From the human T2T-CHM13v2.0 reference genome, Homo sapiens: DNA of 64,000 nucleotides. The notes under the pieces were generated by a model. It had not been told where the DNA came from and ran no database searches. It saw nothing but the letters and a program-made list of their open reading frames with translations. Below, piece after piece: positions 1 through 18,900 of this stretch (positions within the stretch are counted from its first letter, which is position 1; each line of letters begins with the position of its first letter). The stretch lies in NCBI RefSeq assembly GCF_009914755.1, contig NC_060926.1, one strand, 5' to 3'. A program made the position numbers and the translations under genes.

Positions 1-58
1 TTATATTTTTGTTGAATTTTCTGGCAGTATAGGAGCCACACAAATAAAGAGCTTACAG

Positions 59-518
59 TGTTAAGAAAAAAAATATTCAATGACACTCGATAAAGCACAA
101 TAGAGCTTACTTTATTCAGGACCATCTTGATAGGTGTAGGGACAATTACAATGGCGTTTTGCAGTGGGGGAGAGATTGGGCTCAACTCCGAATCCAGCAG
201 GGGCAAATGGGAGCAGGGTCAGGGTTAATGGATGGAAATTACTGAGAGGAAACATCAAGCTTATGGGGGATTCTGGCAAAACAAACCTAACAGGCCTGAA
301 AACAGGCCAGGGTGACCGGATATCCCCTGGGGATGGTGGAGGCTGAGGATCCTGATCAAGTATAGAGGATGATTAGATGTTAAGGATAGGAGGTTCTTGC
401 CAAACTGACTTAGCAGGATTCTTTGCTAGGACTGGATTTTACAAGGAAGTGTACAGATGGGCTTAGCAGAAGATTGAAAAGCCTGACTAAAGTTTGGTCA
501 AGCAGAGACTCTTTGTCA
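59..518 (-). mobile_element. Solo ERV1-class LTR (MER31-like)
   Basis: Bounded TG(59)...CA(518) with near-matching 4-bp flanks ACAG/ACAC; minus-strand AATAAA (tttatt ~111); body resembles recalled MER31 consensus. Confidence 0.6.
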
Positions 519-2069
519 ACACCGACATGCACATTTGTGCGTATTTAAATCAGAATACAATTAGTGTAACTGAAATCAAGGCAGATCTGTACCTAACTGG
601 AGTCTACCACTGAATTTGAAGAAAGGGCTTGTGAAGAAACTGCAGGCTGAAATGAAGCCGGGGGCAGCAGTTTCCCACCGGGAACACCTTTTATTGCCCT
701 TCAGTCGGACTTTGGGGTGAACTCCTGACTCGGCAAAAGCACATACAACACTGAATCTCCTGTGATACAAAAAACTAGAAGACATCTCTGGTTTGGAGTT
801 TTTTTGCACTGATAAATGTCATCCCCTGAGGGTTCTAAGTGTAGCAGCGTGGAGACCAAATTCCTTACACTTGAGTCACATTCCCTCCTCAGAAGACCTC
901 CTAACCTTGGACTTGTCCATAGTAAGGATTTAATGAATGCATGTAAATGACATTTCACACATTTTGATTTATTTGTTTTTACCAACCGTAAGAGAACTTA
1001 GCCTCCTGGGTCTTCCTGGAGAAGCAGCTATTTTCTCTTCAGATACGATATAATCTTCCCTTTTCTGTCCCAATGTATTTCTCCCTTTCCCTCCAGCCTT
1101 TTCTATTTGGACCCGTGTCATCTTCTTATTGAGGAAATCAGTCAGAGGTTGCTTTTTATAAGCTTTCTCATTCTGGTTGATTTAGCTATTATTAGACCAT
1201 TTTGATTTCTTCCTAAAGTATTCATATTTAATTACATGTTTTTCTTCTGCCTTTGGTTCAAGTGTGCTCATTATGTAGTATTTAGTCTGTCTCAAGTTTA
1301 TTATTAGACTTTTCATTGTTCCTCTATTTGCTAAATTGCAGAGAATTTGTATTTTTAGGATTCTCTCCATTCATGGTGTCATTCCTTGAGGAAAGCCAAA
1401 GAAATATTAAAAAGTTGGCTTTGCTCAGTGTTTCCAGCTCCAGGTGTAGAAGAATCCTACATACAGAATTGAAGCTGGTTGATTTTGTCGTCAGCCAGCT
1501 TGTGAGCGTTACTTTAACAAAGTCAGCTTGGTACTAGAGCCTTTTCTTACAATGAATGGTTGAAAACCAGGGGAATTGAGATACTGAAATGTTTCATCAT
1601 CCACTTTTGGTACTTTCAGTGTAGCTCCTGCTATAGAATCTTGCTTTGAAGATGAATATAAAGCTAACCACATGGATGAACGGTGGCCTGGCTCAGAACC
1701 TGTGACTCCACCATACCACTGTGGGTTTCTGATATAAGCAGGCAATCAGCCCACAGCTGCTGCTGCAGTGCCCTTTCTTTCAACATCAAGGGAGCCCCAT
1801 CTACTCGCCTCTGCTTCTTCTTGGCCATTTCACAGCTTATTAGAAGCTATTTCATAGAATGGTGAGGGGCATGACTATTACTACTATTCTCACTTGACTC
1901 AGTTGTTCATTCATTCAGTCAGCAGATATCTGCTGAAGGGCTACTATTTTAGGTGCTGAGGATAGAACTGTGTACAAACTAACTAATGTTCCTCTTCTTG
2001 TAGAGTTTATATTACATGGCAGGAAATGTACTCTAGCTAGAAACAAATGAAAATGTAATCTGTCAAGTG

Positions 2070-2575
2070 GTATGGTGAGTTGGTTCCCCAACTCTTTACA
2101 CCCTGCTCATATTAGAGTTATGCATCACACTTTACCATGTAACAGTGGAGTTTCTCCCCCAGGAGACAGAGTATGTTTTCCTGCCCCTTGTCTTTGGACT
2201 TGGCTGTGTGACTCTCTATGGCCTGTGGGATATTTGCGAGCATAATGTGAGCAGAGGCTTGAAATGTGCTTGTAGGGTTTGGCCTGCTTTTTTACTTCTG
2301 CAAATACATATTGCCATGAGAACATGCCCTGGGTGGTCTCTGGTCCCAGAATAATGAGATACTTATGGAGCCAACTTGGACCCAACATGCAGCCTGGAGA
2401 CAAGCCCAGCAGACCTGAAGAAGGAGGAAGAACCACTCAGCTGAACCCAGCCTGAATCAGCCAATCCAGTAGGCCTATAGGTCCATGAGCCTGAGAATAA
2501 AGGCTTGCTACTGCAAGCAACTGAGCTTTAGGAGTGATTTGTTATGAAGCATTATCATAGGAAGAGCTGAGTAAT
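2070..2575 (+). mobile_element. Old MaLR LTR (MLT1G/H-like) adjacent to an L2 fragment
   Basis: MLT1-type motifs (ccatgagaacatgccc; aataaa...gcaactgagctttaggagtgatttgttat); L2 3' end (ttcattcattca) at ~1905. Confidence 0.6.
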
Positions 2576-2939
2576 GGAGGTGATAGTACTGGCTAAAGGA
2601 AAAATAAAGCAAAGTAAGGAACAGAAAGTACTCATTGCAAGAGAAAAGGAGTACTATTTTCTTGTGAATGGCAGAGTAGGCTCTTTGGATATGGTGATAT
2701 TTGAGCAAAAACTATAGCACTCACCACCATTGTTGAGCAGTTGCTATATGCCAGACACTGAGTTATCTCATTTATTTTTCATGCATTTAATGTGGTACAT
2801 GCTGCTAATATTGTCATTTCTAAGACAAGGAAATTGAGTTGCAGAGAGGTTTTTGTGATTTGCCCAAAGTCTCACATATAGTAAATAGAAAGGTTGGGAT
2901 TCTTTTCTGTCTCAACCCCAACTGGATGTACAGCAATGC

Positions 2940-3965
<1,026 letters not shown>

Positions 3966-3969
3966 TGAA

Positions 3970-5240
3970 CATCCAAATAAAAAAGGTGGAAATGGAAACT
4001 CCCTAAACAGATTAAATAGCAGAATTGATTCAGCAAAGAAAAATTTTGTAAACTGGAAGAAAACCCTAAAGAAATCACCCAGAATGCACAACCAAAAGAT
4101 GATGAAATGGAAAATAAGAGAGGTTTGAAGATACAGAGAATAAAGTGAGAACTTCCCTCAAATGCCTAAATAGTGTGACAAAAGGAGAAAAAGGAAGAAT
4201 GAAAGAAGCAAAATTGGATGACATAATGGTTAAGAATTTCTAGAAATGAAGGGAAAACTTTAGCTTCCTCAGCTTTAGGTAGCCTAACTAATGTCATGTA
4301 GAATATTTTTTAAAAATCTGGAGCTTCTAGAGAATTGAACACATGGAGGTTCCTGGAGGGTAGTGTGCCCTGAGAGGGCATAGAAACTCCATATCCTCTC
4401 TCCCACACCTCATCCTACACATCTCTTCCATCTGGCTGTTCATCTGTATCCTTTGAAATATTCTTTATAATTAACCAGTAAATATTCCTTTTTTCCAAAC
4501 TTTCTTTTTCTCTAATTATGGAAGAATCTGGGATGCAAGTACCAGCTTCTGCTAGACAAGATCTCTCCTATAGGATTCACTGTGGCTGATAAAGTACACA
4601 GTCTATTCTTCCTGGAAATAGATTTTATTGAAATATTGCTGATCCAGCCCACACAGAAGAATGTGCCTATAAAAATTCTCCAGAGCTTTGCCAAATACTT
4701 TTTAAATAGAGAGGAGAATGTGGTAGTTTTGTATTACTAAGATAACAGTAGTAGCATCCACAATGATAGAGACAAAATAAAGTATTTCTTTAATGGCACT
4801 CGAAAGTAAAAATAGGGCCAGATGTGGTGACTCCCACTTGTGATCTCAGCATTTTAGGAGGCTGAGGTGGGAGGATTACTTGAGCACAGGTGTTCAGGAC
4901 CAGGCTGGGTAACAGAGCCTGTCCCTACTTCATTGATTAATTAAAATAGAAAAAATAAAACAAAGATTAAAAATAAAAAAGACATCTGCAACTGAGCATA
5001 ACATAGAGAAATTATAGAACACCAAAAATAAAATTTTTAAAGTCATCCAGAGAGGAGAAAAATAAACCCAGCCAGATTAAACACAAAGGAATTACAAGAC
5101 TGACAGCTGATTTCTCAACCTACAGTGAAGCAAGGAGACAGGGGAATGATGTCTTCAAATGATGAAAACTGCTAACTTACAAAGGACTAGAATGGGTAAA
5201 GGATGGTAACTGAGGCTTTTAAAATAAAGTGGAAATGGGA
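3970..5240 (+). mobile_element. Ancient L1M fragments (ORF1 region) with a MER21 piece (~4320-4480) and an Alu monomer (~4816-4930)
   Basis: A-rich L1 ORF1-like text (aaatagcagaattgattcagc...gaaatcacccagaatgc; agactgacagctgatttctca). Confidence 0.5.
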
Positions 5241-5529
5241 ACCAGAAAAATAAAAAATTTTTAAAGAAACTTGGAGGTGCCATCAATTGGGTTTGTGGGT
5301 TAGAGAATAGGTAACCTTCAATCACAACTCTAGAGGGTTCATGCTGATTTTCTTGAGTACTGTGTTGCCATCATACTCAAAAGTTGGAAGTCAGAAAGGA
5401 GTGAATTGGAGAAAAAGATGATGAAATAGGGATTTTGTTGTTGTTATTACTATTGTCATTTCTGATTATAAGTGTGAAACATGACACATACATAAATATT
5501 CATTTTAATAATCTCTTTGATTTTGTCAT

Positions 5530-6618
<1,089 letters not shown>

Positions 6619-6625
6619 CTTTTTA

Positions 6626-6932
<307 letters not shown>

Positions 6933-8093
6933 TTAATGTGGAAAAAAAATCTCTGCAATTTTCTATGGTTAGAAATATTTTATAGGTTTCTTTTTAAAAT
7001 AAGGTGACACGTATCTGGGGAAGAAAATTAATAAATTGTGAAAATACATGCAAAGAAAACTCTAACCAGTCATTGCTAAAGAGTTAACTCCTGTTAAAAC
7101 TTTGTGGTTGAGGAGTTTGAATGCCTCAACGTTCTGGTACCAGTAGGATCCTCAGGCAAACCTTTAGAAGCAGGGGACAAGTGCAGATGCTGATTGATTT
7201 TTGATGGTTGGCTGAGCATGTGTTTAACCTTTGGTTGAGACGTTTGTACTTCGAGCAGAAGAGGAAAAAAAGCATGAAACGACGTTCTCGGCACTTTCCC
7301 CTCATGCTCTATGCCTACCGCAGTGAACTAGGATTGACAAGGCAAACGTTAGTCATGAATGCATTAACCTCGTTTCCTTGGGAACCACCGAATGGAGGGG
7401 AGAATGCTGGTCACATTTAGCAGCCTGCTACGTGTAAGGCAATTAGTTCCAGGATTTGTCAGATGACAGTTCTATTTTTGAGCACTTTCTTATCAATTAG
7501 GAGAAAAATATCCGACGTGCAGAGATTTCTCAGCAGCTTGGGTTGCGACTTAGTTTACAAGCAACAGGAAGGCAAGTTCAAACTGCCTCATACAAAGATC
7601 ATTATAATTTGTCCCTCTCAGTGGAGGGTCTTGATGGATCGACTCAGGGTAAGGGTGTAAATGAGGAGTGAAGAGGCTGATGTTTAGCTTGTGCTCCTCA
7701 GAATGGAAACAGATCTTGGCAGACATCTGCTTCATCCTCAAAGGCAGCCCACACAGTTCTTCAGTGTTTTTCTCTGGAAATTAATAGTGATGTAGATTAT
7801 GGAAGTAGTTATTTTATGTTAATCATATGGGTTTGGGGAGGTTTTGAACAAAAATAATAAAAATAATCACCACAACCGCAGCCATGTACTGCACGCCAGG
7901 CTGTGGGCTAAACATGCACATCCATCGTGTCACCCAAGCAGCCCAGCAAACCCTGGGAGCAGTCAGGAGATGACATATTGGCCTCCAGTGTGAGCTTGAA
8001 AAAAGAAAATTAAGAAAGTTGTGAAGAATTCATAAACTAGAAGTTCTGTGGGTGCGGATAGTATCCTTTATCCACCAGCTTACAATGTATTTA

Positions 8094-8449
<356 letters not shown>

Positions 8450-9279
8450 TTAAAGATCTTAAAGCTGCAGAGTTAAAGTTAGTTAAGAGCAAAGCAGAAT
8501 TTGAGCCTAGTTATGTCTGTTTGCATGCCACAATCTTATTATGCCTCATTATTCAGAGCATGGATCCCGCCTTGCAGCACAGCCTTCACCTGAGGCTTGG
8601 CCTCACCCAGACCTACTGAATTAGATTCTCCATTGTAACTCGACCCCAGGTGGTCCTGAGGAAAGTTTGAGAGACTTGACTCTACACCCATGCAGCGAAG
8701 GACAATTGCCATGGGAAATGTGTATCACTGGCCATCACTGAAGTGATATAGACAAAGTGCCAAATGAGTGGGTAGACAGAGAAGACCTAGGATTTTAGAG
8801 AAGGAGGCTGGTGTCAAGAACTGGGATGGTAAGGGAAATCTACCCAAAGGGGGTGAACCTAGAGGGAAGAGTTGGGACCCAAGTCCACTAGCACTTGAAA
8901 AATATTTTGCAAAACATCCTTCCCACCTAACCACTCCTCTGTCTCCATGCGCAGCGGCTACTGGAGTATCCAAATTGCCCCAGGCACTGTCTTTCCTGAA
9001 GTTCATGATTTTGTCTGTAATCTGGTGACTGCCTATGTTGGGAAGCACTACCAAGTTGTGAGGACAGCTCAGGTGAAATGAGAGACTGTCTTCCGGCCGT
9101 GATGGCACTGGAGAATGTCTGCCTTGCAGTCTGAGTATGTGTGGTGAGACTAGTCATCCACTAAACCTGCATGTCTTTCAAAGCAATCTTAAATTAGAAA
9201 TCTATCTCCAAGGAGTGTTTTCTGTATTTAAATTCAAAGATGAAATACACATTTTTAAAAAATACACATATATAGGCAT

Positions 9280-9655
9280 CGTGTTAGTCTATTCTGGCTG
9301 CTATAATAGAATAGTATAGACTGGGTGGCTTATAAATAACAGAAATATATCTCTCACCATTCTGGAGGCTGGAAGTCCCAAGATCAAGGCATAGTAAACT
9401 TGGTTCTCGATGACAGCCCTCTGCCTGGTTCATAGACAGCACCATCTTGCTGTGTACTCACATGATGGGAAGCGTGAACAAGCTCTCTGGGGTCTTGTCT
9501 CATAAGGGCACTAATCACATTCATGAGGGCTCTGCTTTAGTGACCTAATCACCTCCCTAAAACCCCACGTCCTAATACCATCGCCTTGGGGTTAGGATTT
9601 CAACATATGCATTATGGGGTGGGAGGGACAGGGTCCAAATTTTCAGATCATAGAA
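9280..9655 (-). mobile_element. MLT1A-type MaLR LTR
   Basis: ttagtctatt...gactgggtggcttataa...ggaggctggaagtcccaagatcaagg...ataagggcactaatc. Confidence 0.85.
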
Positions 9656-10081
9656 GTCACAGACGATGATTTAAGTCTATCTGAATTTGTTTTAGCATGT
9701 GATTCTTTCTTTACATAGTCCTGCCTGGCATTTGCCTATTTACAAAAGAGACAGAAGATGCCATTACTGATACCAACTAAACATTATTAAAAGGTCAAAT
9801 CTGAAACTTCACCCTGTTTCCATAGCAGCCACCCTTCATCTGGCCTCCCCCAGCCTCCTGTGTCCTTAAGAAGGTATCACCATGCCCCTGCCACAGCCTC
9901 TCCCACCCCAACCAACCCACCCACACAGTCTCCCAGACAAACAGGCCCTCCATCAGCCGCTAGCTCCTGCTAGCCCTGGGTGTGGTCTCCAAAGTGTTTG
10001 TGATTCACAGGCATGATGGAGAGCGTTGGCATGTGAGATGGCATTTCTTGTGCCATCCCTAGTTTAAAACTAGTCCAATGT

Positions 10082-10413
<332 letters not shown>

Positions 10414-10829
10414 TCAGTGCTGATGCTGTAGTTTGAAATTTGCCTGATGGGTTGATCCAGAGGCTAAGATGGGTTGGGATGAGGGAAGATGATAGCTCCT
10501 GGCCTCCTAAACTACCCCCTACAGAGATGGCTTACTGCACTGGGATTCCGTCCTGCCTGTGAATCACAAACACTTTGGAGACCACACCCAGGGCTATGAC
10601 CAATTGGCAGTGTCTGCTGACACCTTGGAATGCCCTTGGACCTAAGCCTTGCAGGAGGTCTTTAGCCAAGCAATCAAGCTAATGCTAGGCCACTTTCCAT
10701 AATTAAAGTGAGCAGCATAATAATGGATATTTAAGACATCACATAGTGGCATGGGCTAAGAAGAAAAATAAAGCTAGATAAGGAGATAGAGAGTGATGGG
10801 GCAGATGCTGGTCAAGAAGGTCCTTTCTG

Positions 10830-13289
10830 GAAGAAGTCAAATAATCCTGGTTTTCAGATGATACGATTTTATATTTAGGAAAACCTAAAACCACCACCAA
10901 AAACTATTAGAATTGATAAATTTAGTAAAGTTGCAGGATACAAAACCAGCGTACAAAGATCACTAGAATTTCTATATGCCAACAGTGAATGATCTGAAAA
11001 AGAAATACAAAGTAAACCATTTTTAATAGCCACAAATAAAATGAAATACCAAGGAATAAGCTTACCCAAGGAAGTGAAAGACCTCTACAAAGAAAACTAT
11101 AATACATTGATGAAAGAAATAGAAGAAGACACAAAAAAATGCAAAGATATTCCATATTCATGGATTGGAAGAATCAATATTGTTAAAATGTCCATACTTC
11201 CCAAAGTAATCTATAGATTCAATGCAATCCCTATCAAAATACCAATGGCATTCTTCACATAAATAGAAAAAACCATCCTAAAGTTTCTATGGAACCACAA
11301 AAGATGCAGAATAGCCAAAGCTATCTTAAGCAAAAAGAGCAAAACTGGAGGAATCACATTATCTGACCTTATACTACAGAGCTATAGTAACCAAAGCAGC
11401 ATGGTACTGGCACAAAAAACAGACATATGAAACAATAAAACAGAATAGAGAAACCAGAAACAAATCCACACACCTGCAGCGGACTCATTTTCAACAAAGG
11501 TGCCAAGAACAGACATTGGGGAAAGGACAGTCTCTTCAATAAATGATGCTGGGAAAACTGGACATCCATGTGCAGAATGAAACTAGATCCCTGTCTCTTG
11601 CCATATCAAAAAGTCAAACCAAAATTGATTGAAGACTTAAATCTAAGACCTCAAACTATGAAACTACTATGAGAAACCACTGGGGAAGCTCTCCAGGCAC
11701 TGATCTGGGCAAACATTTCTTGAGCACTAGCCCACAAGCGGTACTCCACAGGCAACCAAAGCAAAAATGAACAAATGGGATCACATCAATTTCAAAAGGT
11801 TTTCCACAGCAAAGAAACAATCAACGAAGTGAAGAGACAACTCACAGAATGGGAGAAAATATTTGCAAACTACCCATCTGACAAGAGATTCATAACCAGA
11901 ATATGTAAGGAACTCAAACAGCACTATTAGAAAAAACTAATAATCCAATTTTAAAAAATGACAAAATATTTTAATAAACAATTCTCAAAAGAAGACATGC
12001 AAATGGCACACGGGTATACAAAAAGGTGCTCAACATCACTGATCATCAGAGAAATGCAAATCAAAATTACAATGAGATATCATTTCACCCCAGTTAAAAT
12101 GGCTTTTATCCAAAAGACAAGCAATAACAAAGGCTGGCGAGGATGTGAAGAAAAGGGAACCCTCCTACGTTGTTCATGGGAATGTAAATTAGTACAACCA
12201 CTATAGAGAACAGTTTCGAGGTTCCTCAAAAAACTAAAAATAGAGTTACCATACAATGCAGTGATCCCACTGCTGGATATATACCCAAAAGAAAGGAAAT
12301 CAGTGTATCAAAGAGACATCCGCACTCTCATGTTTGTTGCAACACTGTTCACAATAGTCAAGATTTGGAAGCAACCTTAAGTGTCCATCAACAGATGAAT
12401 GGATAAAGAAAATATGGTACATATACACAATGGAGTACTATTCAGCCATAAGAAAGAATGAGACTGAATCATTTGCAAAAGCATGGATGGAACTGAAGGT
12501 CATTATGTTAAGTGTAATAAGCCAGGCACAGAAAGACAAACATCACATGTGCTCACTTATCTGTGGGAGCTAAAAATCAAAGCAATTGAACTCATGGAGT
12601 TAGAGAGTAAGAATATGGTTATCAGAGGCTGGTAAGGGTAGTGGGGAGATAGGGATGGTTAATGGGTATAAAAAATATAAAAATGAAAAGAATGAATAAG
12701 CCCTAGTATTTGATAGCACAACAGGGTGACTGATATGGTTGGCTGTGTCCCCACCCACTCTCATCTTGAATTCCCACATGTTGTGGGAGAGTCCCAGTGG
12801 CAGGTAATTGAATCATGGGGGCAAGTCTTTCTCATGCTGTTCTCATGATGGTGAATAAGTCTCATGAGATCTGATGGTCTTAAAAAGGGGAGTTTCCCTG
12901 CACAAGCTCTCTTCTCCTGTCTGCCGCCATGTGAGATGTGCCTTTCAACTTCCACCATGATTGTGAGACCTCCCCAGCCATGTGTAACTGTAAATCCAAT
13001 AAACTTCTTTCTTATGTAAATTGCCCAGTCTCGGTATGTCTTTTCCAGCAACACGAACATGGACTAGTACAGTGACTATAGTCAATAATAATTTAATTGT
13101 ACATTCTAAAATAAAAGAGTATAATTGGATTGTTCGTAACACTAACACAAAGGATAAATGCTTGAGGTGATGGATACCCCATTTTCAATGATGTTATTAT
13201 TATGGGTTGCATGTCTGTATCAAAACATCTCATGCAACCCATAAATATATATGCCTACTATGTACCCACAAAAATAAAAAATGTTAAAA
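10830..13289 (+). mobile_element. 5'-truncated L1MA-type element inserted in L2, split by THE1B
   Basis: ORF2 remnants ([19 protein letters not shown]; [12 protein letters not shown]) plus L1MA 3'UTR; degenerate 16-bp TSD aagaaggtcctttctg (10814-10829) / aagatggacctttctg (13290-13305). Confidence 0.85.
12731..13071 (+). mobile_element. THE1B solo LTR
   Basis: TGATATGG...TACA ends; perfect 5-bp TSD GTGAC; small internal deletion after cttgaatt. Confidence 0.9.
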
Positions 13290-13305
13290 AAGATGGACCT
13301 TTCTG

Positions 13306-14680
<1,375 letters not shown>

Positions 14681-15150
14681 CAATGTGGAAGGTGGGCCAG
14701 GAGGGGGTCTTTCCCAGGAGTAGGCAATAAGGGGGTATGTTGTCTGGACAGAATTTAAAAATAACAATTAACTGACTAAAAATGAGCCTTCTTATTATCC
14801 TCACCATGCAGTGGCAATTCTGAACAATGTAAGTAAAAAAAAATCCTTAATTGGTCTAGTTCTAAACATTGTTGCAGTTGTTATTGGGTTTAAATAACAC
14901 ATGTGAAAGCTTCAAATTAGCACATTTGTGTTACTTTCTCTTAATAAAATGGTACCTCGAGAGAATGACCAGCATATAGTCAGCCCTCCAGATGCATACT
15001 CAACTAAATTTTTTGCTTCTAGAGTCATTTGCAACAGTCTAAAATGGTTTGAGCCCAGTTCACCATCTCCAGCCCCCTTGAGACCATATTCCTACATTTA
15101 AACAGATTTGCCATGGACAATGACAGCAGAGAGATGGTCCAAACAAACAC

Positions 15151-15514
15151 AGGCCAGCCTGCACAACATAGTAAGACTCCATCTCTACAAAAAAAAAATT
15201 AAAAATTAGCCAGACATGGTGATGTCTGCCTGTATTCCTGGCTACTAGGGAGGCCGAGGTGGGAGGATTGCTTGAGCACAGGAGTTCAAGCCTGCACTAA
15301 GCCATAATGACACCACTGCGTTCCAGCCTGGGTGAGTTAATCCATTTTTACACTGCTATAAAGAACTGCCTGAGACTGGTTATTTATGAAGAAAAGAGGT
15401 TTAATTGACTCACAGTTCTGCAGGCTGTACAGAAGCATGGCTGGGAGGCCTCAGGAAACTTACAATCATGGAGGAAGGCAAAGGGGAAGCCCACACATCT
15501 TACCATGGTGAAGC

Positions 15515-15568
<54 letters not shown>

Positions 15569-15800
15569 ATGAGTGAAGGGGGAAGTGCCCACACTATTAA
15601 ACCATCAGATCTTATGAGACTCACTCACTATCAGGAGAACAGCAAAGAGGAAATCCACCCCCGTGATCCAATCACCCCCGGCCAGGCCCCTCCCCTGACA
15701 TGTGGGGATTACAATTCAGCATGAGATTTGAGTAGGGACACAGAGTCAAACCATATCAGTGACAGAGTGAAATCCTGTCTCTAAACAAACAAACAAACAT
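15151..15800 (+). mobile_element. 5'-truncated AluJ split by an MST LTR
   Basis: Alu reads ...ccagcctgggtga | LTR | gtgacagagtgaaatcctgtctc; flanks aaacaaacac/aaacaaacat. Confidence 0.85.
15336..15758 (-). mobile_element. MSTA-type MaLR LTR with internal (GA)25 microsatellite (15517-15567)
   Basis: cactgctataaagaactgcctgagactgg...gggacacagagtcaaaccatatca. Confidence 0.85.
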
Positions 15801-16310
15801 AACTTGAGTTACTTCAATTCTGTCATTTTGTGTAACCAACTGACATTTTTATTTGTGTTTCAAATTTAGGAGAGTAAAATAGAGTGCAAACTGCAAGGTG
15901 CAATGTTTTGGTTGCATAAGAGCAAATTTTCATTGTGAAATATACTGAATTTGAATAGCTTTGAAATGGAAATTTACTCTTCTCTAGTTGTGCTTAAACT
16001 AGAGAATGAATCAAGAAAACAAAGTTTATTGCTGACTATAATCGTGCTGTGTAGAGGAGAGGCTGTTGAAAATGACCTGGATGGGTGTGAAATATGCTAG
16101 GGATGTCTTCTTTGGAGGTCATGGGGTAACGTCAAACAGAGCAGTTTTGTGGAAGTGATGGGAAGAGAACACGATAGGGGTTGAGAGAGAATGGAAAAAG
16201 ACAAAGAGGAAACAAAGAGCAGAGACGACTCTTTCAAGAAGCTTTGCTGTACAGTGGGTAGCGGGTACTGTGAAATCCAGGGAGGGCTTTCAAAAATGTG
16301 AGATGCTATT

Positions 16311-16650
16311 CTGAGGAACACAGCAAGACCTTGTCTCTACAAAAAAATAGCCAGCCATGATGGTATTCACCTTTAGTCCCAGCTACTTGAAAGGCTGAGG
16401 TGGGAGAATTGCTTGAGCCTAGCAGTTCAAGGCCAGCCTGGGCAACATAGCAAAACACTGTCTCTACAAAAATGAAAAATAATAGCCAGGCATGGTGGAA
16501 CACACCTGAATTCCTAGCTACTTGGGAGGCTGAAGCAGGAGGATCACTTCAGCCCAGGAAGTCGAGGATGTGGTGAGCTATGATCATGCCACTACACTCC
16601 AACCTGGGTGACAGAGCAAGATCCTGACTCTGTTAAAAAAAAAAAAAAAA
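16311..16650 (+). mobile_element. AluJ-type element with an extra partial monomer at its 5' end
   Basis: Two A-rich linkers (tctctacaaaa at ~16335 and ~16461); TSD-like gtgagatgctatt/gtgagatgctgtt. Confidence 0.75.
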
Positions 16651-17869
16651 AGTGAGATGCTGTTGTATATTTGTGCTTTGTTGGGAGTGAGCCAATAGTG
16701 AAGGGAAATGAACAATACAAGAGACAGAAAGGAGATGTACTGGAAGAGTGTCCTTGTTGGGAGGGGATGGCCTCCTAACGACAGTTCAGCAGTGACTGGG
16801 AGAGGGCAGATGCAATTATTGTGCTGGGTTTGGGCACAGCCTGTGGCGGCTCTATTCTTGGTGCTTCTGCTGGTTCTGTTAGGCTGGAAGCAAGTCACAC
16901 AACACAGGGGTATGTGGGAGATGACAAGGGTTGAAGAGAGAGGAAAAGATATGGAAGGGACTTTCTAGGAGAGAGGGAGGCCAAGTTGACCAGAAAAGTG
17001 TAGACAGCTGTGATAGTCAGCGGTTCTGTGCGTGGATTTGCAGGGAGAGCAGCCAGCACTCCCAGCACCTGGGATGTAGTCCCAGTTCTACTGCATACCA
17101 AGCATGGCACCTGGGGTGAGTTCCTGAACTGCTATGAGCCTCAATTTCCTCATCTGTTTCATGGTGATGAGAGCCCTGATTAATGATTTTTCCTCCGAGA
17201 ATTAAATGAAATCAGTAAACACCATAACACAGGATCTCACTCACATGAATGCTGCTTTCCATTTCCTTCTCTTTGGTGCACGGGTCTCACAGACGTTGGC
17301 ATCACTAGAAACTAACCCATTTGTTGCTTCTGGAAACTGGGTTCCTCAGTCCACACTACCTTCCCCAAACCCTCTGCATTAACTTAGAAATATATCCCCT
17401 AATAGTCCACAACACCCATCACCCATCCCTGGTTCCAAAATAACTAGCCATGTAGCCTGCCTCCCTGATCAGGAAGCACTCCTCATTGGGAGAAAAAGAT
17501 GGCTTAGTCCCATGTGAAGGTCAGAAAATGACACCCCACCCTAGCCTCTCTGACTGCCTGAAATATGATACTGGGCTTGGAGTGAGGTCTAATTCCAGCT
17601 CAGCCCTTACTAGTTGTATAATTTAGTCAACCTCGTATGCTCCAGTCCACTGACCAGTGTGTGACCCTGGGTACGTTATTTGCCCTCTAAGCTTTAGTTA
17701 CTTCCTCTGCAAAATGGGTTAACTAATAGTCACTACCCTCGAAGGATGCTTTGTAGTCATTGTAACGATCACATATAATGTTATAAGTAAGAAGCCTGGT
17801 TCTGTCCCTGACACATAGTAATCATAAGCAGTAGTCATTTCTTTCTTCAAAAAATTGGAATTCGTGCAT

Positions 17870-18600
17870 TTTTAATTGTAGTTAAAAAGAAAACACATAA
17901 TCTAAAATTTGCCGTCTTAACCATTTTAAAATGTACAGTTCAGTGGCATTAAGTACATTCACATTGTTGTACAACCAATCTCTGGAACTCTTTTTGTTTT
18001 GTAAAACTGTAATTCTATAGCAATTAAACAATAATTCTCTATTTTCTAATTCCCCCAGCCTCTGGTAACCATCCTTTTAGTTTTTCAGTAAATTTGACTA
18101 ATATAGGTACCTCATGTAAGTGAAATCATACTATATTTTTCTTTTCGTGACTGGATTATTTTACTCAGCATAATATCTCAAAGTTTATTGATGTTGTAAC
18201 ATATATTGGAATTTTCTTCCTTTTTAAGGCTGAATAATATTCTATTGTATAGACAGACCACATTTTCTTTATCCGTTTATCCATCAACAGACACAAGTTG
18301 TTTCCACCTCTTGGCTATTATGAATAATGCTGCTATGAGCATGAGTGTACAAATATCTGTTCAAGATCTTGCTTTCGCTTCTTTGGGTATATACTCGGAA
18401 GTAGAATTGTTGGATCATAAGGTAATCCTATTTTTAATGTTTTGAGGGACCGCCATACTGTTTTCTGCATCATTTTACACCCCCACCAACAGTGCACAAG
18501 GGTTCCAGTTCCCCACACCCTCAACGACTCGTATTATTTTCTAGTTGTTGTTGTTGTTTGTAGTGGTCATCCAAATGGGTGTGAGGTGATACCTTATTGT
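17870..18600 (-). mobile_element. L1MB 3' part (continues at 27990-28430)
   Basis: L1MB 3'UTR antisense (cagttcagtggcattaagtacattcacattgttg); host resumes across ttattgtggtttt. Confidence 0.8.
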
Positions 18601-18602
18601 GG

Positions 18603-18900
<298 letters not shown>

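Noticed and set aside
4512-4740. Non-repeat-looking stretch open for ~60-75 codons on both strands
   Set aside because: No recognisable protein, no convincing exon boundaries; length within chance expectation.
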